From NCBI GenBank assembly GCA_047495785.1, contig JBLDXI010000007.1, positions 4,216,001 through 4,280,000 of the forward strand: a stretch of 64,000 bases of DNA. Direction: 5' to 3'. How positions within the stretch are numbered: position 1 is the first letter of the stretch; each line of letters opens with the position of its first letter. The notes beneath the pieces were generated by a model. That model did no database searches, was not told where the DNA came from, and worked only from the letters and a program-made list of their open reading frames with translations. Source of the DNA: Lepidodermella squamata. Lineage: Eukaryota > Animalia > Gastrotricha. Positions 22,696-37,074 of the stretch are shown here, in pieces. The translations under genes and the position numbers were made by a program.

Positions 22696-25600
22696 ATGAG
22701 TACATTTTTCGTCGGCCTGTTGTCGATATATGTCATCAGGCTGACTGGTACTGGCTCTTAATGAGAACGAGCATGATGAAAATCATCCTTTTCCCCTCAC
22801 AGATGCTGGGTACCCAACACTAGACGAAGCAACGTTCCCTTTGCCATTGGGCTACCAAGGCACACCATGCTTTGACTTCAAAAATTCCTTTGACTATGTC
22901 AACTCTACGACCACCTTCTCTGCTTCGTCTTTTCTCGCTTCATCGAATGGGAACAAACTAGCAACAGGGCTTCAACTGATTGCGCGATCGCCGCTGCTAA
23001 TGTATGGCAAATTCTTTTCTGGAGTCAATGTAAGGCGAAAATGAGTGTACAATAATTGTTATCATATGTATTTTACGTTTGGAAGGCTTTTGTTTGCCCC
23101 ACTGCAAACTTCCGAATCGAAATGGACATCGAGAGTTCTTACATGAGCGTCCAAAACGATTCCTATGCCTTGTTCGTCTTATTCATTTCCGACGGCGGCG
23201 TAGCACTAAGTGAGCATAGATTAATACATTTTTTAGTTATAAGCAGAGGCTTATGCTTCCTTGAGCACTGACCTTATTGTATATTCACAGAGATGAATTC
23301 ACAACTGAACTACTGGGACACGTTCAGGATGCAAAGAGGTCTCACTCTAGCACTGCAGCTGAAACCTTGTGGATTGGCCTATGCGACTTACTACACTCAG
23401 AATGTTACATCCTATCAAACCTTCCAAGGAAATCCGCCTAATCGAACTTCGGTTGCATCATGTGGCAGTTCTACGTTCTTAGACAACTCCGGTGTCGCTA
23501 ACTTTCGCCTCATTATTCAGGTCGTCAACGACTCTGCGACTGTCGCAGTCTCGTCCCTTCCTGCCTATGGATCGACAGAGACTTGCACCTGTATCACAGA
23601 CATGCCGGTGCCATTGATGGGCTCAACGGTCATGGCTAGTTGGCCAGTAATTACTTTGATCGCGACTAACGGCAATTACTCCGATGTTCTCGTGCGACGG
23701 TTATTTTTTTTCGGCCTAACACCCGGTACCACCGCCTCTCCAGTTTTCGCGTCTCAAGGTACCTGTATGAACTATCAAAATCAAACGATAGCCATCGCTG
23801 GTTCGACGCAAAGTGTTGTTACAACTGCAGCCTCGAACGCCAGCGCATCGACGATTGCTTTTACTCCGACAGTGAATCCGACAGCAACTCCAATTTCACC
23901 AACCACGAGCGTATCTACGGCTGCGTCTCCAGTAGCATTGCTTAGCACAACAGCGTCGGAAACGGCAAGCCCGAAAACAAGTGCAACAACCCCTGGAGCC
24001 TCAAGCTCATTTGGCCCGCAGCAGACTTCATCAGCTGTTTCCTCAATAACACCATCTTCTGTAACCACAACTAATCCCAGCCTAGTCTCAGGAACCACAG
24101 CTGCAGGAAACTTTGTCGCTGTTCCTGACCTGAAATTGTTGAGCTTACCCTCTTTGTCAAATATGGCGAATTTCCTCCTGCTAAATTCGTTCAATGTAGC
24201 TGAACCATCTTCTATGATTGCTGCGAATATTCACGTAGATCAAGGAGCGGTTGCCAATGCGAGTGGTCTGCAGTTGGACAAGTATCGTGCGATAGACAGT
24301 GGGGTGGCAATATTGGACAATCCGCTACCTGCTAGCCTTGCTTCAACAGGGTTTCGTACCGAGCTTGAATTTGACTCAACCTACGATCCTGCTTCGACAG
24401 GATATTTCGTTTTAGGAATTTCGACATCCCCAGCTGTATTGAGTTAGCGTCTATGATCAATTTACTATTCCGAGGTTAAAAGTCGACTTCTTCAGATTAT
24501 CAAACCGGTTGGATAAGCAACTACGACGGCCTCCACATTTCACTCAAGCTTGGACAAGGCTGTATTGCCTACCTCACCTACGACGAAAATACAACAGCAG
24601 CTGCTAAAAACCTTCCCCTGGATTATGGATTCAATTCTACCACTGTCCCAGGAGTTTTCGAGACGTCTGGAACAATGATATTCCGACTCATTGTCCAGAG
24701 TCAGGATAATAAAGTAACGGTACGCTCCCTCGTCCCAGGTCATGTTTTGAATCTCTATATCGATTCTGCGCTTAATACAGGTGGCTTTAACCCCAATTGC
24801 TGCAAATCCGACGGTTGTTATTCTTTTCTCAAATGTCAGCATTCCAGGCTTCAGTGAGCGACAACTTGCGAGTGGGAAAGCTAAAACGCAGTTGATTGCT
24901 GTGGGCGGCACTCAGGCAGACGTTGCTGTTAAGAGCATTAGTTACTGGGCTCTGCAAGACCACGCCGCAACCTCGCCCACGCCACTCACAACAGTGGCCT
25001 ATCGCAGTTATGATTTCTCAACTAACACGACTGAATTCAAAATTCCAAACCTGATCGACGGAAACATTGTCCCGTTGGTGAAGCTGGCTGATCTCACGAC
25101 ATGCCCGTTCATTGCTCCAGACGTTAGGTTGGTTTTCATTACTTCAGTTTTGTATCGAACATGTCTGCTAGAACGAATAGCACAGTTGACTAACCAAATT
25201 CTGGATGGGCAACAATGAAGAAAAATGATGAAACTAACGCTGATGAAACGCGCTGATGAAACGCTAGAAGTTATAAGCACTGCGCGCGAGTGATAAGAAG
25301 TGGCTGCCAAGCAGAGGCCATCCTGACAGGGCCATCCGAATGGTTCGATGCGAAGGGCCGAAGTAATCCGCAATAAAACAGGCGGCCATATCGGTGTTCT
25401 ATTTACCGAATGCAGCCGATGTTTACCGAGGCCGAGAAAATCTCACATTAGAGACCGTAATTTGAATAATTGAACGCGAACGGATTTTTCGGCAAATATT
25501 TTTCAGTTTGGAAGTGAAACATATTAGCCGAATGTTTTCCTCTTGGGCGGGTTATTCGTTTGCCCTATTATGCGAGTTTATCGGCTACGGTAAAAAGTGG

Positions 25601-27371
25601 CTGCGCTACGAAGCAAATCTCTTCAAAATTTCTTCAAGAAATCAACCATATCACGGCGGGAAGGACGATTTCGGAATTTCGACTTGAAAAATTCGCAGAA
25701 AATTGAATTTGATGAATTCTTGATCGCCCTTTTGAGGAATAGTGCTTTTTGATGTTGGCTACAAGGATTCGAGAACAGAACACCGTTATCTTGCATGTTC
25801 AGGACATACTAGCAATTTGAATATAGTCAACCTGTAATCGAAATTTCATAGTTTTCAGATCGTTTTTTGATCCAGCAAAAAAACCACCGTGTCCGCCATA
25901 GTCGCATTGAGCTCTGTGTCAATTTTGTCGAGTTGGAAATTAAAAATGATGACGCTATTGAAATTTAATCAATGCGGCTGAATTCGCGTCCTATCCGCCC
26001 AGACCTATTCAGGCGGAGTGCTGCAAAAACTGTCGATAAAGACATAATGATTTCAAAATCGCGATCAGGGCATTCGGAAACCCCTAGCACTGCCGTCAAA
26101 TATGTTTTTCTCCCGCAGATGAATAATTCCGCCATGAAAGGGTTAATGACAGTACACAATATCCGGTTGGATATCATAGGTGGATAGCACGATAAATATC
26201 GGCCTGAAGGACGAATATCCATCGCTGTTTTTCGCAAAGTTAGCAGAGATTGTATGGATGGATAAACTTCAATGATCAACTTGTGGTTTATTGTCGAGGG
26301 CTTACGCTACTGTTTACAATAAAGAGGCAACGTTAGCTTAACTCCGCTGTTTTGTTTTACAGATCGCCAGACTATGGAACCTTTGTCTACGTGACAATAA
26401 AGTTCAAAACACTCGAAGATATCGACGCAACAGCGAGAGAAATAGCTGTCGGTGCACAAGTGACCGTTCAATGGGCCGTTTTCAGCTGCCCTGCTGAAAT
26501 CACTGCACCGGAGATTGATACAGCCGATCGCGTTTATGTCGTTGATCGAAAGGAAATATGGGTTCCCAGCATGCGATCTGCCAACACAACCTCAGACCTT
26601 TACTTGGAAAATAGTGCGTCGTGGAGGGAACAAGTCCACATCGTCTATTACCCAACAGCGCCGAATCGGACGCTGTTTTTCCACTGGATGAGATTTGGAA
26701 TCATGACCTCGAAGTGCAGCCTGAAGCTGAGAAAGTTCCCTTTCGACTCGCAGCAATGCGATTTCACGTTTCTCCTCGACGAAGCCGATAGATATCTTAA
26801 ATTCGGAGGAACCCGCGTTCTAATCGATCAATCATTTAACAGTGAGTTGTGGAAACTGGAGTGGGCAAATTCTTCTTTTGGAATCACAGTATCGCCCTTG
26901 CGGGATAATGGAACATCCGGCTTTGCGAAATTCACAGTCGCGTTTTCGCGGGAACCCATGCCGTATCTCATAAACAACATGGCACCATGTGCTATTCTAA
27001 TGACTCTGGTATTTGCTTCGCTGATTTTCCAGCCAGATTGTCCTGACCGACCGGCTTTCTCTGGGACGTTGCTCCTCAGCTTGATCGTCATCCAGTCTGA
27101 CGTGCTTCACAGCCTTCCAGAGACATCCGAATCCGTCCTAATGGCGGAATACATGTTGATTCTTTGCGGACTGACGGCCATGATCACGCTGTATTCAGCT
27201 ATTTCTTTCGCAGCAACTTCCCGCTATTCACATCTGATTTCAAATACAGTTGACATTCCAATCTTGCGCGTACGTCTGTGCTATGCCCGTGCAATGGATT
27301 TGGCCGCGTTTCTTTCGGCAGTCGATGTTTTCCTAGGATTGAACGTGTATGCCTCGATAATCATTTCTTGA
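22696..27371 (+). CDS. Lectin-headed pLGIC, subtype A copy 3 (last intron about 1.2 kb)
   Basis: Paralogous exons to copies 1 and 2. Junction PDVR|SPDY. Cys-loop CSLKLRKFPFDSQQC. Confidence 0.8.
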
Positions 27372-27603
27372 GTGAATGCAACTGAATAAAATCATCCACA
27401 AAATTAAGATTGATAAAGTAGTTTCAATGCACCGCTTGAAATTACAACGCAAAATGCAATGCGGAATTTTGTATTTTATCGATTTCTGTTAATTTGGACT
27501 AGAAACATGTTTTGTTCAAATTTGTCCAGATTGTCAAAATTTTGAGCTCATGTTAAACTTGAACATCCCATACTTCAGCTCGCTAACAGTAATTCCAGTG
27601 ACA

Positions 27604-29967
27604 TCAACAAACTACAACATAAGCGTACACATTAAGGCCTATAAAAAAGTCGAAAGCGAGCAAAAACATTGCTAGATCACAGGCTCGAGCGCAGTTCATT
27701 GAGGCTCCGAATGGCGCGAGATCGACATCCACATTTGCCATGCAACTGCTTCTGGCAGTCAAGCTGAACAGAACAGCCTCGTATAGGGCAATCGCCCCAG
27801 TCAAGCCACAAAGGATTAAAATATACTCCGCCATGAGAACGGACTCACTCGTTTCAGGCAAATCGCGACGAACATCGGATTGAGAAACGACCAAGCTCAG
27901 AAGAAGAGTAGCCGTGAAAGCGGCTCGATCAGGCACATCCGGTTGAATAATCAAAGAGCCGAAGACTAGAGTCATGAGAATACCACAGGGCGCCATGTTG
28001 TTTATCAAATAGGGCGATGATTTTCTCGAAAAAGCGACCGTGAATCTAGCGTAACTCGCCGTGCTATTCCTGCGCAGCAGAGAAGTTGTTAGGCCACGTT
28101 GAGTGAATGCCCCGTCCAGTTTCCACATCTCACTCTCGAAAGTTCCATCGAACGCAAGACGAGCAGCTTCGAATTTCAAGAATTTATCCGATTCATCCAA
28201 CACAAAAGTGAAATCGCATTGCTGGGCATCGAACGGGAATTTGCGTAGCTTCAAGTTGCATTTCGACCGCAACACGCCGTAGCGCATCCAGTGGAAAAAA
28301 AGTGTTCGATTCGGGGTTGTCGGATAGAAAACCGCTTGAGTTTGCTCTTCGAAGCCTTCCCTCATATAGATATCCGTTGTGGTGTTGGCGAAACGAACCG
28401 CCGGGACCCAGACGAACTTTTTATCAACATCGTACACGCGATCAGCTTCATGGACATCAGGAGCTGTCAGTTCTTTTGGACAGTTTCGCACAATCCATTG
28501 AACTGTAAGCGTGACGCCGGCTGCAATTTCGCGAGCTTGAGCATCGATATCGATTAGAGTGTTGAATTCTACGGTAATGAAAATTTTCGACCCGTAATCC
28601 GGAGCTCTATAGGATATTATATCCAAAATGCGAGTTTGAGTTTAATAATGCCTTTTTACCTGACTTTCGGCGAAATGGCATCGCAAGTTGTAATATCACT
28701 GATAGTGAGTAACGGCACCAAGTTGCCGTCAATTATATCGGGTATAACCAGGTCGGAAGACAATTCAGCAAAGTCATAAGACTTGGGAGTTGTCTTTGAG
28801 ACTGCCTCTACTGCAGTTGCAGCGAATGTAGACTGTGTCGATGTCGTGGATGTGGAATCGCTGTAGGTTGAGGATTCAACAGTAGTTGTCGTCGCAACGA
28901 TGGGCGTTGTTGTTGTTGCTTTTGGTGATGTTGTTGGTGGTGTTGTAGTCGTAGTCGTAGTTGAAGTCGTAGTCGTCTTTGTTGTTGTGCTGACTGTTTT
29001 CGGGGTCGTAGTCGTTGTAGACGTTGATGTTGTAGTGAACACCCATCCGGTGCAGTTGTAAGTAGCTACTTGATATAAATCGAGCGTGTCTGAGTAGGAT
29101 CCACTTTTGGCCCCGATGCCTAACACCATGCTTTGACTCCTGAAGTTGCTCGAGATTTTGACAGGAGATGTCAAATTTGTGAAAGGACCGAGACAAGTCC
29201 CGTTTTGAAGGCACATTCCGATCTAAATTCGCCTTGTTATTCAAGGAAATCGATAATTCTTTCAACTCATACAGATATCTCCGATCCGTTCAAAACCCGC
29301 AATTGGTAGATGACCAGGCTGTTTCTTAGCCATGGTGACATGGGTATGTATCCCTTGTAAACGATTTCGATCGGAGTCACATTTTGAGTTTGATACACCG
29401 ATGCTGACGTGAAGCTCATGTAAGGACTGAAACGAACAGACAATCCCACCAGCTGTTTCTCATCAACCGAGAAGAAAACACCTGAAAATGGAAACGATTC
29501 TTATAAAGAAATGAAGCTATTCTTCGCCTACTCGTATTTGTAGGCGGGCGTTTCACTGATGCGTTATTAGCTACAAAGATGCTGAAACCATCGCCGTTGT
29601 ACGCATCCAGGGCTCCGAAGTAGGCAAGAACCTCCACGTAGAAATCGTCAAGATCGATATTCTAAATGTTCGCGTTCCTCAAGCTGACGGTGTGTACAAA
29701 ATGTAACAGAATGTAACTCACCGTTTTGCTCCAAAGTCCTGTTTCGCGTCTCAAGTTTCCTTCCGATGTGAGACGAGTCGTGTTGCTTGGCTGTCCGGTC
29801 GTGTTTAACCCAGGCATAGCCAAATATTCCCAGTATGCATCTCGATCCAAATCGTGGTTAATCAACGAAAGTTGAGGCATCAAAGTGCCACATGGCGTTA
29901 CTCCCTGCCCGGATGTTACTTGTGCAACGAACGAAACCAGTAGGATAGTCCATAATCTGATGCCCAT
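27604..29967 (-). CDS. Lectin-headed pLGIC, subtype B copy 2
   Basis: Signal peptide MGIRLWTILLVSFVAQVTSG, GDGFSIFV lectin motif, Thr-rich stalk, Cys-loop CNLKLRKFPFDAQQC and 4 TM helices. Confidence 0.82.
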
Positions 29968-30630
29968 CTTTTATCTTAATGGAACATTTACTGACAACTT
30001 TGTTGCATATGAACTTTCATTTTTTTGTAGTTCAGCGCGCTGACACAGCTGAAACATTAAACATTAAATAATTCATGATGACTACTTCAATTTTTCTCCC
30101 GTCACAACAAAAAACGAACTTGTGCTCAAAGTAGACATTTTCATAAAAAAGCTATCGAATAGTCGATTTTTTTTTATCGGTAGAAACTGGTTGGAATTAA
30201 ATGGAACAAAGCTTTTTCGGTAGATATTAGAGACACGCTCGTCAATTGTCGCCGGATGTAAGCCATTAGTTACCAGGCAACGGTGCCTCGACAGTCCTGC
30301 GGGTCATAACAGCGTGCCGGAAATAGAAGAAAGCGGAGTAAAACCAACTTGTTGCATCTTCGCCAAGTCTGGTGAACTTTTCAGACTGTATGTCATCGCC
30401 ACTACAAAACCACGCACTTCCCTTGATTTGGACATTCAATGCCATACACACTACACTACACTACATCAGACTGACCTCATTCAAAGCTGAGACAATCAAT
30501 CATCGATCATTCGGGCGGTTTTTTTTTATGTTATGCTCAGCTTTGTTATGCCAAGTTACGTTGATCTTATATCGATAGAGATATAGTGAACTATCACTGC
30601 CGTGAATGACCTGTGCAAGGGGTTACTCAC

Positions 30631-31444
30631 GCACATTTTCCGGCCCGCCGGTGTTTCCTCCACGCGCGCGCTCCTATTGGTTGGCTCGTTTTACGCGTAA
30701 ATACGCTTCGCTCGCATTTATTGCGCAACAAATAATTGCAGCCCTCCCTCGCGCGCGCGCAGGAAAATGTACAAGTCCGAAATTCAGGAGAATAACGGAG
30801 CACTAGGGGTTGGCTATGCGTGGTGGGTGGAATATAAAGGCGAAATTTTCGTATTTTCGCTTTTTCCATTGGTATTTCAAGTTGATTTTAAATTTGAATA
30901 GAATTTTTCCCTGAAGTGTTCAGCATCACCCTAAAATAGCCTAAAATAGCGCGCCTAAAATAGCTATTACCAGTTTATTTTTTTTTAATTTTATAATTTT
31001 TCATAAAAAAAGCGTGTTCTTCGAACAAAATCCTTCGCATCCTTTCTCTTAAATCAACTTTTTAAATTTGTATGGCCGGTGTTTTTGGATGCGAACAGAT
31101 AAGTCATCAAATAAAGACGTGTAGGCCGCCACGATGTAGTCAATTTTGTTGTCGTATTAACATTACCAAACATCTTTTTCAAGGGTGGGCTTATATTTTT
31201 GTTGGAAACATAGATAAATAAATACAAATAAATAAATAATGTATTTATTTATCTATGGTTGGAAAGCATGCAGCATGCTTGTGTTCGACTTGGCAAACTG
31301 TCTTAGACTTAGCGCAAGGGCGCTCAGGGCGCGTTCGAGTGCGCGCGCGGGGGTAGGCTATAATTATCTTGAAATGTTGCGCAATAAGCCCCAGCCAATA
31401 GGAGCGCGCGCGCGGAGGAAACACCGGCGGGCCGGAAAATGTGC
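30631..31444. mobile_element. Non-autonomous Mutator-like (MULE) element
   Basis: GC-rich TIRs (gcacattttccggcccgccggtgtttcctcc...) with a perfect 9-bp TSD GTTACTCAC (30622-30630 and 31445-31453) and an AT-rich interior. Confidence 0.88.
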
Positions 31445-31979
31445 GTTACTCACACATAAATCGGAAATAACTCGGATTTAGACTTGTTGACATCCATTTC
31501 AAGGTCACATGCGACAAGTAACGGGCGGCTATTTAACGTGAATGAACAGGCAAAAGCAAAAGACTTTTTACTTGTCACCTATCACCTTGAAATGGATGTA
31601 AACAAGCATAAATCCGAGTTGATCAGCGACGCAAACGATATGTATGACGATGCTAGCGATATGTCTTCTTTTTTGAGACAAATGTCTTATTTCATCTTAA
31701 GCTAAAATATTACTTAACACATCCGGCAAAGATGTTCGCTGGAAACTAAGAAAATCTGTAAAGCTTCTCTTGTTTTCGAATTTGACCACTGCCATACGGA
31801 CAAAAATGATGGCCCATAGTTGTCCACGGGCCTGCTTAACCCAATGTCGGGCCGGATTCGGCGGTTGATTCAAAACCCGTCTTCAGGGGTTTTGAATCCG
31901 TACCCGCCCGAACATGATTCGTAGCTAGTCTTCAAGGGTTTCTTTACCACTGCTGTTTATTCTTTACCACTACGGGCCG

Positions 31980-32214
31980 GGCGGTTCTTTTGACACCGAA
32001 TTTGGGGCCAAAGACTTCAAGGAACGCACGCAGAAATCAAACTTGAAAAACAGTGAAATTTCGATTGTTGCGCCATAATCTGGGTCTAATAATTAGGTCC
32101 AATTCTTGGGTCTGATTTTTGTCTCTAATCCAAAATTTTCGACGTTATTTCACTGTCATTTTCAATGACCTGCTCAGACCTTGTGGCCCCGAATTCGGTG
32201 TCAAAAGAACCGCC
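31980..32214. repeat. Short element bounded by 31-bp inverted repeats (MITE-like)
   Basis: ggcggttcttttgacaccgaatttggggcca pairs with tggccccgaattcggtgtcaaaagaaccgcc. No clear TSD. Confidence 0.55.
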
Positions 32215-32747
32215 AGGTCATGGCCTACACTTTGCCGTCTGGCATTTTGCCCCTCGACGCATCGTTGACCCGAAAAAAATGACTTTTTGACAGACCCAGG
32301 AATTAGACCCAAATATCGGACCTCGCAGTCTATTTTTAGCATTTAAAGTGTTAAAATCAAGGCAGAGGGCAAATGCTTATGCGGCCAAATTCCGGCAACA
32401 CCGCCTGGCATTATTGCCTGAAACCTGAAGGGTAGCAGGCTTCATCCACCTGCCCGCGGGCTCTTCAAATAGCCTGACATTACAAACTGGAGCACTTAAT
32501 TTGAAAAAAAATCGTTCAATTTCGATGTCATAACTCGTGGAATCCTAAAGTGCTCAAGTGCAGGCTGTTGCTAAGTAAAGCCTGACTGTTGACCGACTTG
32601 CCATCGCGAACGCCTTGTTGTCATCACTCACTATTAGTGCATTTAACACCATGTATTACAGGTCGAAAAATCGATCAAATTCAGATATAATTCGTTCTAT
32701 TTGCAGTTCTATTTCCATTTGCCATTCCACCAGAGCGAGCGAGACAG

Positions 32748-35700
32748 ATGGATGCTAAATGTTTACATATTACGATTAACTCTTTGAAGCTGTGTTTTAT
32801 TGCTGAGTTAGTCTTATGCCTGCTAGCGATCTTTCTATTTGAAACGACTGGTACGTAACTTAACTAACTTCAATGCGAAAAAATGTACAGGAATTGTTGT
32901 TATTCTCATCATCAGACGCTGGTTATCCAACACCAGACGAAGCATCATTTCCACTACCATCGGGCTACCAAGGCACGCCGTGCTTTGATTTCAAAAATTC
33001 CTTCGACTATGTCAACTCCACGACCAACTTCAGTTCATCGTCCTTCACCACAAACAAAGCAAAGCTAATTGCAACAGGATGCCAGCTTATTGCGCGATCA
33101 CCACTACAGATGGACGGCTTGTATTCATCTGGAATGAATGTAATCAAAACAGTACTTATAGGCGTATAATTATTTATACTTTCTTTTGCTGCATTTCGCA
33201 AGCCTTTTGTTTGCCCCAACGCCGACTTTCGAATCGAATTGGACATCGAGAGTTCTTACAGCGTCTACAACAACGTCTATGCTTGGTTCGCCGTGTACAT
33301 TTCCGAAGCCCAACCCCTATTTAGTGAGCAATGATAATAACCTTGTTCCTTGTCATGTTCTGCATGTTCACAGCGACTTCTTCTGGGATCTTCTGGGAAA
33401 AATTTAAAATGCCGAGAGGTCTTGCCCTTTCATTCCAAATGAAACCTGGTGGATTAGCCTATGCGACTTACTACACTCAGAATCAGACGGCCTATGAATT
33501 CTTGCCGGGAAATGCACCAAATCTAACTTCAATAGCATCGTGTGGCAGCTCTACGTTCTTAGACAACTCAGGTGTCGCCAACTTCCGCCTCATAATTCAG
33601 GTTGTCAATGACTCTGCGACTGTCGCCGTTTCGTCTCTTCCAGCCTATGGAACAACTGAGACGTGTTCATGCTTCGCAAACATGTCGGTGCCAATGATTG
33701 GCGCAACAGTTATGTCTGTTTACCGGCCATTTATAAGTTTGTTTGCGATGAAGGGCAATCTTTCCGATGTTCTCGTGCGAAGGCTGTACTTCTTTGGCCT
33801 AACACCAGGTACCAAATCGACTCCAGTTTTTCCGGCTCAAGGTACCTGTATGAACTATCAGAATCAAACTACTGTCACGCCTGGCTCGACACAGAGTGTG
33901 GCGACAACTGCATCTCCGAACCCTAGCACTTCAACAGTCGCTTCTACTAAGACAACGAAATCGACAGCAACATCAACACCGTCAACAACGATTGTTCCAG
34001 CGAGCGCGTCTACAGCTACTTCTCCTGGAGTTTTGCTTAGTTCGACACTGTCAGTCATCGCGAGCTCAAACGGTGGGCAACAAACCTCGACGACTCTTTC
34101 ATCTAAAGCGCCGTATACTGGAACTCCAGCGACTACACCTTTTATCTCAGGAACCGCAACTACTGCTTCTTCCGCTCCTACGCCCGATCTGAAATCATTG
34201 AGCCTGCCTTACATGTGGTCGAGTCCACCTACTTTTCTACCGCTTAATTCTTTCAATGTATTCGACCCTTCTTCCTTACTTGCTGCGAATATTCGCGTAG
34301 ATCAAGGAGCGGTTGCCAATGCGAGTGGTCTGCAGCTGGACAAGTACCATACGATAGACAGCGGGGTGGCTATCTTGGACAATCCGCTCCCTGCCAGCCT
34401 TGCTTCAACAGGGTTTCGTACTGAGCTCGAATTTACCTCGAATTTCGATCCTAATTCATCAGGATATTTTGTTTTTGGAATTACGACATCCCCAGCTGTA
34501 TTGAGTCAGTATCTTTATAAGCAATCTACGATTTCAAGGGAAAACATTGAATATTTCAGATAATCAGACTGGTTCGGTAAGCAACTACGACGGCCTTCAC
34601 ATTTCACTCAAACTTGGACAAAGCTGCGAGGCCTATCTCACTTACGATCAAAATACAACATCAACTCCGAATAAGGTTCCACTGGATTATGGATTGAAAT
34701 CTACCACAGTTCAAGGGGCCCTCAATAAATCTGGAACAATGCCCTTTCGACTCATAGTTCAGAGTACTGATGATAAGATAACGGTAGGTTTACTCATTTC
34801 AGTTCTTCCCTCATCTCTCTATCGATTCTTTGGTGCACATACAGGTGGCATTCGCCTCATCTTCAACGAATTCTAGTGCTGTTCTCCTATTTTCGAACGT
34901 CAGCATTCCAGGCTTCAGTGCGCGTCAACTTGCAAGTGGGACAGCTAAAACGCAGTTGATTGCTGTGGGTGGCACTCAAGCAGACGTTGCTGTTAAAAGC
35001 ATTAGTTACTGGGCTCTGCAAGACAACGCCGCAACCTCGCCCACCCCACTCACAACAGTGGCCTATCGCAGTTATGATTTCTCAACTAACACGACTGAAT
35101 TCAAAATTCCTAACCTGATCGACGGAAACATTGTCCCGTTGGTGAAGCTGGCCGATCTCACGACATGCCAGTTTATCGCACCAGACGTTAGGTTGGTTTC
35201 AAATATTACATATTACGCGCTGTATATTAAAATCGAACAGGTTTGCTGACGGGAAAACAGAAGTCCAGACCAAATTACAAAGCATTTTCAGAGCATTTCT
35301 AGACCTCAACATGAAGTTAAACCAGTGATTAGAGTCAACGAAGGAAAAGATGAAGCAAGTGGTGAAGAAAATTGGCATGCAGCGAAGATCAAAATTTTTC
35401 AGTTGACAAGTGACGTTTAAGCTCAAGGGTGTACAATACTTTAGGGGAAAGAGAATCTTGGCTAAATTTCGGTTCTTTTTGTCCACAGAGCTCCCGACTA
35501 TGGAACCTTCATATTCGTGACAATCAAATTCAAAACCCTCGAAGATATCGACGCGACAGCGAGAGAAATAGCTGCCGGTGCACAAGTGACCGTTCAATGG
35601 GCAGTTCGAAGCTGCCCAGCCGAAATCACCGCCCCGGAGATCGATACAGCTGATCGAGTGTACGTCGTTAGCCGCGATGAAGTCTGGGTTCCCAGCATGC

Positions 35701-36497
35701 GATCTGCCAATACAACCTCAGACCTCTACTTGGAGAACGGAGTATCTTGGAAGGAACAGGTCCACATTGCCTATTACCCAACAGCGCCGAATCGGACGCT
35801 GTTTTTTCATTGGATGAGATTTGGAATCATGACCTCGAAGTGCAGTCTCAAGTTGCGGAAATTCCCATTCGACTCGCAGCAATGTGATTTCACGTTTCTC
35901 CTCGACGAAGCCGATAGATATCTTAAATTCGGTGGAACTCGGGTTCTCATCGATCAATCGTTCAACAGTGAGCTGTGGAAACTGGATGCGGCTAACTCTT
36001 CTTTTGGAATCACAGTATCACCATTGCGTGATAACGGGACGTCTGGTTATGCAAAATTCACAGTCGCGTTTTCGAGGGAACCCATGCCGTATCTCATTAA
36101 CAACATGGCACCATGCGCGATTCTAATGACTCTGGTATTCGCTTCGCTGATTTTCCAGCCAGATTGCCCTGACCGGCCGGCTTTTTCTGGGACGTTGCTC
36201 CTCAGCCTGATCGTCACCCAGTCCGACGTGCTCCACAGCATTCCTGAAACATCCGAGTCAGTCCTAATGGCTGAATACATGTTGATTCTTTGCGGACTGA
36301 CGGCCATGATTACGTTGTATTCAGCCATTTCATTCGCCGCAACTGCCCGCTATCCGCATTTGATTGCAGACGCAGCGGACATTTCGATCTTACGCGTAAG
36401 CCTATGCTACGCTCGCGCTGTGGATGTCGCCGTGTTTTTTCTGGCCGTTGATGTTTTTCTGGTATTGAACGTGTATGCTTCACTACTTGTTGCTTGA
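32748..36497 (+). CDS. Lectin-headed pLGIC, subtype A copy 4
   Basis: Paralogous exon chain. Junction PDVR|APDY. Cys-loop and 4TM intact. Confidence 0.8.
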
Positions 36498-37074
36498 CTT
36501 GTTGGTGATAGAAGTAGAAGTGTCTCTTATTATTTGCTATGACGCTGACCTAAGGCATTTCGCCCTTCTGATGATTGTCTCAACTAATAGGCACCCATTA
36601 GTGCACATGAGAATTTTCACGGAATATTATAATGATCGTTGTTATCAGAATATAGCGAATTTTTGGAGAAAACATTGAAACAGCATGGGCGAATTAGGCA
36701 GATAGTATTTTACCATAAGCAAAACGAAACGCCATATGAAACGCCATTGGATAATTTGAACCTCTGATGTTTCAGTCACCTTAAAGAGGAATGTTGCCAA
36801 CCCACCACCATCGGGATTTGAGGGGGGAAAAGAAGCGACCCGCAAGGATTGAAAATGAATTAGAAAGTGGCTCACTGCGGTAAAAAGGTTGAGACGCTAC
36901 TTCGACATGTAAAATAAAAAAAAACTTTGTTCATTTATTCATTTTGTTAATCCGCTCGATGATTTCCGACCAAGAATTAAGCATTTACGAACAGCATTGA
37001 CATTTTTAGCTCGCTTAATTTGCACCTACCGCTCACTTTCCGATTCAGCCAGTGATTGTAACTCTGCTAACTGA

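Noticed and set aside
25128-26362. Enlarged intron of copy A3, suspected transposon insertion
   Set aside because: I could not find convincing TIRs or a TSD; only a short gctgatgaaacgc duplication is visible.
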